From an uncultured Candidatus Cloacimonadota bacterium (GTDB lineage Bacteria > Cloacimonadota > Cloacimonadia > JGIOTU-2): a stretch of 64,000 bases of DNA. A program made the translations under genes and the position numbers. How positions within the stretch are numbered: position 1 is the first letter of the stretch; every line of letters starts with the position of its first letter. The stretch is taken from the NCBI GenBank assembly GCA_964398885.1, contig CAYNOU010000005.1, forward strand, positions 301 through 64,300. Direction: 5' to 3'. The notes below the pieces were generated by a model. The model searched no databases and was not told where the DNA came from. It saw only the letters and a program-made list of their open reading frames with translations. This document shows positions 30,830-39,432 of the stretch, piece after piece.

Positions 30830-31789
30830 TTATTTATAGATATAGTATTGAAGGTCTATTTCTTCCATTTCATTTCTTGAAATTTGTGACAGTTGATACA
30901 TCAATTCTTTTAGAGAAGATTCATAAGTGTTATAAGTTGAAAGATTTTTGAAAGAAGGAAATGAGATTTTTTGCTTTGTTGCAATTATTATTAGTGTTTC
31001 TGAATCCTCATTTTTCTCTGGAAGCAATCCAACTGGCAAAGAAAATGCATCTTTCTCATCAGGAAATTTAAAAACTTCGTTTGCTTGAACAAAATTGTTT
31101 TCTCTATATTCGTTTGGAAAAAGCATTCCCACAGACTCGTTAGAGTAAAGGCAAAATATAGATAAATAACAATCTTTGGTTGGTAGAATTGAAATTTCAA
31201 GTTCTTCACCTTCCTTAAAATATTCCTTATTAAGTTCAGCCTTCAAATTAAAGTAAGGGTCTCTTTCACCTTTTTGCTTACCGACTTTTACTTTCAAAGT
31301 AACTATTTTTTTAAAGATATTTCCATAGGTTGCTACCCTTTCGTTTAGGATTTCTTTTTCTAATATTTTTGCTTCGCTGCTTAGGTTTACCAGCTGAGAA
31401 AAATGATCAATTAGGATTTTGTTATTGCTTTCAGAAGTAATTTTGAGGGTTGTTGCGTTAACCATTACACCACTGTAATATTCAATTACTCTTTTGCAAG
31501 CATTTTGTACTGCAAGTTCCCTTGCTTGCTCTGGAGTAATATTTTCTATAACAGCAGAACCAGTTACCTCAAACCAGTCATTGCTCAAATCTTTAATCTC
31601 TTGTTCGTCTGTTTGATAAATTGTCTTAACTTTATGTGGTTGGTCTGGAATGATAGTTTTGTTTTGAGAACATGTTAGTATAAAAAAAGTTATAAGTAAT
31701 AAAACTAAAATATGTTTCATAATATCCTTCTTAATATTTGTAGCACAATCGCCTCGATTGTGAGGTGTGAATTCCGACTTTGTTTTCAA
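30830..31789 (-). CDS. Putative lipoprotein of unknown function
   Basis: Internal Met gives the signal peptide MKHILVLLLITFFILTCSQ with a lipobox; LPP20-like N-terminal region. Confidence 0.4.
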   Translation of the reverse strand: MKTKSEFTPHNRGDCATNIKKDIMKHILVLLLITFFILTCSQNKTIIPDQPHKVKTIYQTDEQEIKDLSNDWFEVTGSAVIENITPEQARELAVQNACKRVIEYYSGVMVNATTLKITSESNNKILIDHFSQLVNLSSEAKILEKEILNERVATYGNIFKKIVTLKVKVGKQKGERDPYFNLKAELNKEYFKEGEELEISILPTKDCYLSIFCLYSNESVGMLFPNEYRENNFVQANEVFKFPDEKDAFSLPVGLLPEKNEDSETLIIIATKQKISFPSFKNLSTYNTYESSLKELMYQLSQISRNEMEEIDLQYYIYK

Positions 31790-31870
31790 TTTTTTCGCGA
31801 TAAAACGGACACTTGCGTTACAAGTTGATTAATACTCCACAATAATTTTATCCGAATCACCAATTACCTG

Positions 31871-31912
31871 TCATACCTCATTACCAAGCCCCAGCTTGGT
31901 AATGTAATGTTA
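31871..31912. repeat. 42-bp palindromic repeat (CCAAGCCCCAGCTTGG family), copy 1
   Basis: TCATACCTCATTACCAAGCCCCAGCTTGGTAATGTAATGTTA. Confidence 0.7.
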
Positions 31913-32076
31913 TTGCGTTCCCAAGCAAGGGCCTGGGAACGAGAGGAAAAATTCGATAAACTCAATTTATAACTTAAGTCAAGTTTCGCTCTGCTCAACT
32001 TAACTCAAGTTCTTCAATACCTCCACCACAACCTTATCCACATCACCAATTACTTGCGGTGTCTGCTCACGGTTGT

Positions 32077-32301
32077 TCAACCTTCTTGCCATATAAGGAA
32101 CATTGTCATCAATATAATTTTCTCATACCTCATTACCAAGCCCCAGCTTGGTAATGTAATGTTAAGATTATTTTCTAAATCAAATTCAAGTTCTGCTACT
32201 TCGTTCTTGGATCTTTTTGATCTTCTTGCCTGATAGAATGATATTAATAGATTATCCCAAACATATATCTTTGAATACAAATATCCTATTCTCTTTGGCA
32301 T
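32077..32301 (-). pseudogene. DGR reverse transcriptase truncated to its first ~50 aa by insertion of the palindromic repeat
   Basis: WDNLLISFYQARRSKRSKNEVAELEFDLENNL matches the DGR RT N-terminus (as in Bordetella phage Brt WENLLDAYRKTSHGKRRTWGYLEFKEYDLANLL); the ORF then runs into the repeat TLPSWGLVM and stops. Confidence 0.7.
32122..32163. repeat. 42-bp palindromic repeat, copy 2 (identical to 31871..31912)
   Basis: Exact second copy 255 bp from the first, inside the RT remnant. Confidence 0.7.
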
Positions 32302-32304
32302 AGT

Positions 32305-32601
32305 TCATTTTGTTTTTAGTGATTCTTTATACCAACCACCAGTCTGTCTTCCTATTTCATTTATAGACTTTGCTAAATATTCATAATGTTTAATCGTAAT
32401 TAAATTTACTTCTTTACATAATCTCACATAATATCGTAGAATTTCCAAATCTATATTCGCTTTTATTAGAAGTTGAGTTTTTTTCTTTGAAAAGCGTGTA
32501 TTAATATACTTCTCCATTAAATCATAAAGATGATTTTCTATCCTTGTTCTTAAGGTATATCTGTAATTCCTGGGAAACTTAGAAATCTTTGTAAAAACCA
32601 T
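32305..32601 (-). CDS. avd: DGR accessory variability determinant (Avd), four-helix-bundle family
   Basis: 98 aa; KFPRNYRYTLRTRIENHLYDL...IDLEILRYYVRLCKEV...INEIGRQTGGWYK (Avd-like GGW end); sits between an FGE-domain gene and the RT remnant in the classic DGR order. Confidence 0.7.
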   Translation of the reverse strand: MVFTKISKFPRNYRYTLRTRIENHLYDLMEKYINTRFSKKKTQLLIKANIDLEILRYYVRLCKEVNLITIKHYEYLAKSINEIGRQTGGWYKESLKTK

Positions 32602-32757
32602 TTTATCAAATCATATAAATCTATAAGGGCCTTAACTTCTTTTATATTGTTCATTATCTAAACCTTCACAAGTGAGGTCACTTGTTTTACAAAAATTTTT
32701 CGACCCCGACTTTGTCGGGTTAAAAGGGTAAAAGAATAAAAGGGAAAAGAGTTACAA

Positions 32758-33786
32758 CTATTTTGTCCTGCAAAAACGAGAACCATAATCGTAGTCGCAG
32801 AAACCTAGAATGCCGTAACCGCGCCCAGCACAACGACAGTAGCTGCCGTAGCTGCTCCAAGAACCGCCACGCAAAATGCGATATGTTCCACTTTTAGGAC
32901 CCTTAGGATTATTCTTTGGACTATTTGAATAATAATTCTCATCATACCAATCCCAGCACCACTCCCACACATTGCCACTCATATCATAGATACCAAGCTC
33001 ATTGGGCTGTTTCTTTCCTACTGGATGGGTTTTGCTCCCTGAATTTTTTGAATACCAGGCAACTTCATTAATATTGTTGCTGCCGGAGCCGGAGTATTTA
33101 TACGAACCAGAGGTTCGTGCTACTGCTGCATATTCCCATTCTGCTTCTGTAGGTAATCTGTAGCCATTTGCAGAAAAATCGCATTTTGTGTTTTTGCCAC
33201 TGCCACTGTAACAAGTCATTAAACCTTCCTGTCTGCTTTTTTTATTGCAGAATTCAACTGCATCATACCAACTTACTTGTTCAACTGGTAAATTATCTCC
33301 TTTGAAATATGAAGGATTATTGCCCATTACTTCTTTCCATTGTTTTTGGGTTACTTCATATTTCCCAATATAAAAATCACCAACCCTTACTGTATGGACT
33401 GGTTTTTCATCACTATCTCCACTTGTGCTTCCCATCTGGAAGGAACCACCTTTTACAAATACCATACCCCTTGGTACAACATTTACTTTGAAATTAACAG
33501 TCCAACCCTTTAAGCTTCTTCCTTCAAGGACAGGTTCCCAGCATATTTCGTGATTTTTCCCTGGTTTTACATCATTCAAATCTCCAGCAATAACTTCTGG
33601 CTTTATTTCGGTTCCATCTTTATTGGTTGCTGAAGGAACAATATTGTAAGTGTCATTTCCGGAAAGGTCGTAAGTAATAACAATTCTGCCGTTTTCTATT
33701 TTTTGTTGTATATTGGAAATTGGTTGGGAGAAGAGGGTTGATGTAAAAATAATAAATAAAAAGCAATATAAAATAACTTTTTTCAT
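32758..33786 (-). CDS. DGR target protein: secreted FGE-sulfatase (DUF323/CLec-fold) domain protein with a C-terminal variable region
   Basis: Signal peptide; FGE-domain motifs VSWYDAVEFCN, RLPTEAEWEYAA, GNVWEWCWD, RILRGGSW; the C-terminal 30 codons are dominated by NNC codons (AGC, TAC, GGC, TGC, GAC, TTC). Confidence 0.75.
   Translation of the reverse strand: MKKVILYCFLFIIFTSTLFSQPISNIQQKIENGRIVITYDLSGNDTYNIVPSATNKDGTEIKPEVIAGDLNDVKPGKNHEICWEPVLEGRSLKGWTVNFKVNVVPRGMVFVKGGSFQMGSTSGDSDEKPVHTVRVGDFYIGKYEVTQKQWKEVMGNNPSYFKGDNLPVEQVSWYDAVEFCNKKSRQEGLMTCYSGSGKNTKCDFSANGYRLPTEAEWEYAAVARTSGSYKYSGSGSNNINEVAWYSKNSGSKTHPVGKKQPNELGIYDMSGNVWEWCWDWYDENYYSNSPKNNPKGPKSGTYRILRGGSWSSYGSYCRCAGRGYGILGFCDYDYGSRFCRTK
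32761..32880 (-). other. Putative DGR variable region (VR) at the 3-prime end of the target gene
   Basis: Codons agc agc tac ggc agc tac tgt cgt tgt gct ggg cgc ggt tac ggc ... ttc tgc gac tac gat tat ggt tct cgt ttt tgc are consistent with diversification of template AAC codons. Confidence 0.5.
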
Positions 33787-33871
33787 AAATTTTTCCTTTT
33801 TTAGGTTTGTTCTTCTAATGAAAAAGTGTTAATGTTTAGTCCAGGAATTTATGGTTACAACCTTCTTAAGG

Positions 33872-36553
33872 TTAATGGGAATATTCACTTAAAGCTCTTT
33901 TAATCTGAAATAACAATTCCTCATTGGTTTCGTTTTTCAGCAATTTTTTTAGGAATTTTTTATTGCTTTTGCTCTTACATTTTACAAAATATCCTATAAG
34001 ATGTTTCTTTGAACGGACAGTTGCTTTTGAATAATTTTTCAGGATAATTTTTTCTGCGTCTACTCCTATTTTTGCCAAACCAATTTCTGCTGAATAACGA
34101 ACCTCCTGGAATTCGTCATCTGTGGCAGCAATCAAAGGTAAAATTGCATCATGATTATTAATCTTTTGTAAAGCGATTGCACTTTCTCTTCGAACTGTTA
34201 CAATGCTATCTTTAAGACTTTCAATAAATAATGGGATTGCTGTTGGGTAGCCTAGGTCACCAAGTGCTTTTATAGATGATGCTCTATAAGAAGGATTATT
34301 GCTTTGTGTATATTCTGCTAATATTGGATAACTGCTTTCATCCTTGATTTTTCCCAGAATCAGCATAGTAAATCTAATCTTATTTTTAACAGAATCTTCT
34401 AGAACTTTATGTAGATATGCCACGGCAGATTTTCCAATTTTTGGAATCATTTCATACAATGCTTGCGACTCTCTTGCACTTTCTGTATTTAGTTTATCAA
34501 CAAGAAAAAGCATCGCAGAATCTCCCATTGCAATTACCTTTTCTCGTGCTGGTTTGACCAAATATTGAAATTTCTGTGAAGCTGCTGAAGCCTGCATAAA
34601 AAGTGTTTCAATATCCTCTCCAAGCGGCTCATCTGCAGGTTCCATGTCATATTCTTTACTTGGCGCAAGAGAATCTAAATAAGAATTTTTTGAATCAATA
34701 CCGATTCCGTAAGTTGAATGAATCCAATAATTATTATTTTCTCCCCGGGGTGAGCCATAAAAATCATTGCCATTCAAATCCAAAAATAGACCTATATAAC
34801 CAAATCCTCTTCTTAAATCAGAATAACCCATAGTTATATCTCGCTTTGCAATATAGCCATCATCTCCATTTGCATCAAGGAAAAAACTGATTGCATCAGC
34901 ATTACCAGCACCTTGAGATAAGTCATAACAAACATAGTTGTCATCTCCTTGAAAGTCATATAATCCGCCGAAAGCATAGTCATGTCCACAGCCTTGTGAG
35001 ACCCCTTTTGAATTATAATTATCGTTACCAAAATAATCTATCAGAGCGCCAAAAGCAAGATGCACTCCTGAGCCTTGTGCGTATTGATAGGATTTATAAT
35101 GGTCATTTCCTTCTTTATCAACAAGTCCACCTAAAGCATACCAATACGCAACACCTTGACCGTAAATATCTGAGAGGTAATTATCATTACCGCTTTTATC
35201 AGCTAAGATGCCAATTCCACCAGAATAATATGGTCGCATACCGAATCCAAATCCTTGCGAGAGACTTTCAAAGTGCTCGTCATAGCGAAGTATATCAACA
35301 TATTTTTGTGTTACAAGATAATTGTCATTTCCAGAATTGTCTATAAGTCCGCCGAAACCCCAGCAGAAGCCAAATCCTTGTCCGTACAGGCAGCATTCAT
35401 AAGTATCATTGCCATCGTTATCAAGTAGTAATCCGATACCATAAGCGCCGCCACCTTGCACCATATTTTGGGCAAAATATTTGTCATCTCCTTTTTTATC
35501 TGATAAAATTCCAATACCGAAATAGCCAATTCCTTGAGAATAATTCTTTGCTGAGTATAAATCGTCTCCTTTATAATCAATCAGAAAATTTAGACCAAAA
35601 TATCCAGCACCCTGGCAAAAATCTTCTCCAATGTAAATATCATCTCCTGAATAATCTAATATTACACATAATTTATTTTCTTTTGAAAATTTGTATATAT
35701 CGTTTCCAGTATAATCAATTACAAAAATATAGTCGCTAATATTCGTATTGTTAGAAGGATTTATAGCAATTTTTCCATATTCGGTTTCTAACGCAATCTT
35801 ATCATTGAAAAACAAGGAATCATCTTCAGCCTGAGGCTGATCCGCCTCTGGCGGAGAAGATAATACAAGAGTATCAATTCTTGAGAGCAATTTAGAAGTT
35901 AATATTGCGGCATTAACTAAATTGTTTCTTTTTAATTTGGCTGCGATTTTTCCGAACTTTTTGTTTTTCTTTCTGGATTCCTCTTCATCATCTTTAAGGT
36001 CTTTCAAACTTTTTTCTTGCATATCTTCGGACTGTAAGAAATATTCTTTTGCATATTTTTTTAGAAATGCCATTTCGCTATCAGAAAATGTAGAATATGC
36101 AGAATCAATATTACTCATAATCTCTGGAAGTTCGGTTAATATTACTGTTACAATCTTCTTATTAACTGGATGAAGTTCTTCAAATGAAATTTCTAATTGA
36201 AATTCTTTGGGTTTGGCTGTTTCAGATTTTTTAGCATCAACATCCAAAAGTTTTGAATCAAAAATAATCAAAGAATCAAGGTTTTCAGTATTTTGAAAGT
36301 GATAATCAGCAATAGAGTCGCACGCATCAAAAGTAGATAAAGGTTTATTGAATAATTTATTTATCAAAAAAAGACGAAATGTGTCGGCATTTGACAGATT
36401 AAGGTTAAAAGTAAGGTCTTTCCTTGTCATCTTAATTTTTGATAAGGCAGAATCTATATGAGTATTCTGCAAGATATCTAATGGTTGAAAATTGTCTGCA
36501 TATAAATAAATTATACTCCCACAAAGTAGAAATATTATAAAGAATTTTTTCAT
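33872..36553 (-). CDS. Large secreted protein with ~22-aa GNDxY / QGxGxxGxGxLxD tandem repeats and C-terminal HEAT-like repeats
   Basis: Signal peptide; more than 12 repeats such as YSGDDIYIGEDFCQGAGYFGLNFLIDYKGDDLY; C-terminal HEAT-like helices; no catalytic motif recognised. Confidence 0.5.
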   Translation of the reverse strand: MKKFFIIFLLCGSIIYLYADNFQPLDILQNTHIDSALSKIKMTRKDLTFNLNLSNADTFRLFLINKLFNKPLSTFDACDSIADYHFQNTENLDSLIIFDSKLLDVDAKKSETAKPKEFQLEISFEELHPVNKKIVTVILTELPEIMSNIDSAYSTFSDSEMAFLKKYAKEYFLQSEDMQEKSLKDLKDDEEESRKKNKKFGKIAAKLKRNNLVNAAILTSKLLSRIDTLVLSSPPEADQPQAEDDSLFFNDKIALETEYGKIAINPSNNTNISDYIFVIDYTGNDIYKFSKENKLCVILDYSGDDIYIGEDFCQGAGYFGLNFLIDYKGDDLYSAKNYSQGIGYFGIGILSDKKGDDKYFAQNMVQGGGAYGIGLLLDNDGNDTYECCLYGQGFGFCWGFGGLIDNSGNDNYLVTQKYVDILRYDEHFESLSQGFGFGMRPYYSGGIGILADKSGNDNYLSDIYGQGVAYWYALGGLVDKEGNDHYKSYQYAQGSGVHLAFGALIDYFGNDNYNSKGVSQGCGHDYAFGGLYDFQGDDNYVCYDLSQGAGNADAISFFLDANGDDGYIAKRDITMGYSDLRRGFGYIGLFLDLNGNDFYGSPRGENNNYWIHSTYGIGIDSKNSYLDSLAPSKEYDMEPADEPLGEDIETLFMQASAASQKFQYLVKPAREKVIAMGDSAMLFLVDKLNTESARESQALYEMIPKIGKSAVAYLHKVLEDSVKNKIRFTMLILGKIKDESSYPILAEYTQSNNPSYRASSIKALGDLGYPTAIPLFIESLKDSIVTVRRESAIALQKINNHDAILPLIAATDDEFQEVRYSAEIGLAKIGVDAEKIILKNYSKATVRSKKHLIGYFVKCKSKSNKKFLKKLLKNETNEELLFQIKRALSEYSH

Positions 36554-36649
36554 TTAATCTCCTAATTTACACTTAGATTAAGACATTTTGGAAATTTATG
36601 TCAAAGTTTTAGCAAGAATCCTTTTATAAAAAAAATTATTCCTCAAAAA

Positions 36650-36735
36650 AATCCTTGACGCCTTTTTCAAAACCTATTTAAATAACTATCAAAATCAAAA
36701 GGAACTGCTGGTTTCTACCTTATGGCGTCAAGGAT
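36650..36735 (+). promoter_or_regulatory. Leader inverted repeat upstream of infC (possible autoregulatory L20/IF3 leader structure)
   Basis: Perfect 12-bp inverted repeat ATCCTTGACGCC ... GGCGTCAAGGAT separated by ~62 nt. Confidence 0.35.
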
Positions 36736-36809
36736 TGCCAATAAGGCTAAATAAAAAATATGTAGGAGGTGAGCACAGCAGTTGCTCACCTTTTTTAATG
36801 GAGGTGAAG

Positions 36810-37370
36810 ATAACTGTAAGCAGAAGATATTCAAGATGGCAGAAGCCAGGAAGAAATAAGAATAGAAAGCGAATCAATAATCAAATTAGAGATTCTAAGG
36901 TTCGTCTGATAGGTCCAGAAAAGGAATCATTTGGGATTGTTTCTATTAATGTTGCTTTAGATAAAGCAAGAGAGTATGGTTTAGATTTAGTTGAAATTGC
37001 GCCCAGTGCCAATCCACCTGTTTGTAAGATTATTAATTATAGTAAGTTCTTATTTGAGGAATCAAAAAGAGCAAAAGAAGCAAAAAAGAAGCAACAATCA
37101 GTACATTTGAAAGAGGTAAAATTTCGCCCAAGAACAGATGACCATGACTATAATTTCAAGTTAAATCATATAAAGAATTTCCTGGATAAGAGCAACAAAG
37201 TAAAAATCACAGTACAATTCCGCGGTAGGGAGATGACTCATAAGAAATTTGGTTATGATTTGATAGAAAGATTACGGAAAGATTTAGAAGAATTTGGTGC
37301 TTTTGAAAATAAACCAAAGATGGAAGGTAGATTTTTAGTTACCTTTGTGATAAGTAAAAAGAAAATATAA
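36810..37370 (+). CDS. infC: Translation initiation factor IF-3; start codon probably non-AUG (ATA at 36810) after a strong SD
   Basis: Conserved IF3 core VRLIGPEKESFGIVSINVALDKAREYGLDLVEIAPSANPPVCKIINYSKF; GGAGGTGA at 36800-36807; the track ATG at 36735 would add an implausible 25-aa extension. Confidence 0.75.
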   Translation: MTVSRRYSRWQKPGRNKNRKRINNQIRDSKVRLIGPEKESFGIVSINVALDKAREYGLDLVEIAPSANPPVCKIINYSKFLFEESKRAKEAKKKQQSVHLKEVKFRPRTDDHDYNFKLNHIKNFLDKSNKVKITVQFRGREMTHKKFGYDLIERLRKDLEEFGAFENKPKMEGRFLVTFVISKKKI

Positions 37371-37471
37371 AAATTTTTAAAAATTTTATACTTTTCCATT
37401 ACTTTCTATAAAAGTATTTATAAGAATTCAAAATATAAAATAATAGATTGAAATAACATATAGGAGTTTAT

Positions 37472-37666
37472 ATGCCAAAGATGAAAACGAGGAAATCTGC
37501 TGCCAGGAGATTCAGTAAAACCGGAAGCGGAAAAATAAAGAGGAATAAGGCTTATCGGGGTCATTTTATGACAAAAAAATCCTCTAAACAAAAAGCGAAT
37601 CTTAGAAAAGGAGGATTAGTTTCATCTGCTGATAAAAAAAGAGTAAAAAGTATGTTAGCATCCTAA
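37472..37666 (+). CDS. rpmI: 50S ribosomal protein L35
   Basis: [14 protein letters not shown]...; 64 aa; SD AGGAG. Confidence 0.9.
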   Translation: MPKMKTRKSAARRFSKTGSGKIKRNKAYRGHFMTKKSSKQKANLRKGGLVSSADKKRVKSMLAS

Positions 37667-37694
37667 TAACATCAAACTCCATATGAGCCTTCGG

Positions 37695-37797
37695 CTCGTC
37701 AAAAATAGTCATATGCTTTTTTTGAGCGTCATAAATAGCATAATGACAGCGAACAAAGTGAGCATTATGACGGTTTCAGCCATTAGAATTTATAATT
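37695..37797. repeat. MITE-like dispersed repeat, copy 1 (between rpmI and rplT)
   Basis: GAGCCTTCGGCTCGTCAAAAATAGTCATATGC...GTCATAATGCTCAC...GACGGTTTCAGCCATT; inverted copy at 62212..62383. Confidence 0.55.
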
Positions 37798-37821
37798 TAG
37801 GATTTTAAATAAGGAGTTGTT

Positions 37822-38181
37822 ATGTCAAGAGTAACAAACAATGTAGCATCAAGAAAAAGAAGGAAGAAGATTCTGAAACACGCAAAAGGATATAGAGGTG
37901 GTCGTAAACTTTATCGTGCAGCTCGTGAAGCAGTTGAAAAGGGTTGGCAATATGCATATCGGGACCGTAGAAATAGAAAAAGAAATTTTAGAAGATTATG
38001 GATAATTAGAATCAATGCTGCGGTAAAAGAACACGGTTTAAACTATAGTCAGTTTATTTTTGGGTTAAAAAAGTTAAAGATAGATTTAAATAGAAAGATG
38101 CTTTCTGAACTGGCTATCAACAATCCAAAAACATTTGCGTCAATTGTAAAATCTGTCAAAAAGAAACTTGAAAAAGAGTAA
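37822..38181 (+). CDS. rplT: 50S ribosomal protein L20
   Basis: [19 protein letters not shown]...; 119 aa. Confidence 0.9.
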   Translation: MSRVTNNVASRKRRKKILKHAKGYRGGRKLYRAAREAVEKGWQYAYRDRRNRKRNFRRLWIIRINAAVKEHGLNYSQFIFGLKKLKIDLNRKMLSELAINNPKTFASIVKSVKKKLEKE

Positions 38182-38186
38182 CAATA

Positions 38187-39209
38187 GTGAAAGAAGAAAT
38201 TCAGATTTTAAGACAGAAAGCTCTGGAAGAGATTCCTAATTGTAAAAATTTGAAGGAACTTGAAAGCCTTAGAATTAAATTCTTGGGGAGAAAAAGCAAA
38301 CTATCTTCATTATTGGGCCAAATAGGGAGACTTTCAAAAGAGCAGAGACCTATAATTGGTAATCTATTAAATCAGACAAAAGAAGAGATTGAAAAACTAA
38401 TCTGTGTAAGAAAAGAGGCGCTTTTAATTATAAAACAGAAGAAGTCTAAAACTAAACCAGAGATAGATATTACTCTTCCCGGCAGACCAATTGAAACTGG
38501 TGCTAAACATCCTTTATTCCAGGTATGGGAAGAAATTGAAGATATTTTTATAAGTCTCGGTTTTGAAATTGCTGAAGGTCCAGAAATTGAATCTGAGTAT
38601 TACAATTTTGATGCATTAAATACTCCAGAATGGCATCCAGCAAGGAATCTCAGTGACACTTTCTATCTAAAAAATGGGATGCTACTCCGCACAGAAACCT
38701 CGCCTGTACAGATTCGGGTAATGGAGAAATACAAACCACCCATTCGTATAATAGCACCCGGAAGATGCTATCGTAATGATAAGCCTGATGCCTCACACTC
38801 GCCTGTTTTCCACCAATTTGAAGCATTAGTCGTTGATGTCGGTATTACATTTGCTGATTTGAAGGGCACTCTGGATTCTTTTGTAAAAAGATTCTTCGGC
38901 GAAAAAACGCATTCCCGTTTCAGACCACATTTCTTCCCTTTTACTGAACCAAGTGCTGAGATTGATATTTTGTGTATAAATTGTGGAGGGAAAGGATGTA
39001 AATTATGTAAGAATACAGGCTGGTTAGAGATGGGCGGTGCAGGAATGGTTGACCCAAAAGTTTTAGAAGAAGTTAAATACGATTCAGAAAAATACACCGG
39101 TTTTGCATTTGGTTTAGGTATTGACCGTATAACTATGCTGCGTTATGGAATTTCTGACATCAGGATGTTATTGAGAAATGATTTGAGATTTTTAAGGCAA
39201 TTTGTATAG
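38187..39209 (+). CDS. pheS: Phenylalanine--tRNA ligase alpha subunit (GTG start)
   Basis: Class II aaRS motifs FRPHFFPFTEPSAEID, GAGMVDP, GFAFGLGIDRI. Confidence 0.9.
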   Translation: MKEEIQILRQKALEEIPNCKNLKELESLRIKFLGRKSKLSSLLGQIGRLSKEQRPIIGNLLNQTKEEIEKLICVRKEALLIIKQKKSKTKPEIDITLPGRPIETGAKHPLFQVWEEIEDIFISLGFEIAEGPEIESEYYNFDALNTPEWHPARNLSDTFYLKNGMLLRTETSPVQIRVMEKYKPPIRIIAPGRCYRNDKPDASHSPVFHQFEALVVDVGITFADLKGTLDSFVKRFFGEKTHSRFRPHFFPFTEPSAEIDILCINCGGKGCKLCKNTGWLEMGGAGMVDPKVLEEVKYDSEKYTGFAFGLGIDRITMLRYGISDIRMLLRNDLRFLRQFV

Positions 39210-39432
39210 TCTACCACAATCCCCAATTAAATCAGGGACGGGAGACAATGGATGATGAAAATAATCAAGTATACAGAGTTAATTATGAAATCATCTGATC
39301 TAACAGGATTTGTAATTCTGTTTATTAAAACACCATTAAAAATGGCGTTAGGATCATTGCAATGTACTTGTAATTCATAATTTTACATTTATCTCTGTGT
39401 GCTCTGTGCCTCTGTGGCAAAAGGATTTTCAG

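Noticed and set aside
31790-32124. Search for the DGR template repeat (TR) between avd, the RT remnant and the lipoprotein gene
   Set aside because: No segment resembling the VR (with adenines at variable positions) is visible. The region instead contains two copies of the 42-bp palindromic repeat and a duplicated QVIGD(S/V)DK(I/V)(I/V)VE-coding fragment. The TR was presumably lost with most of the RT.
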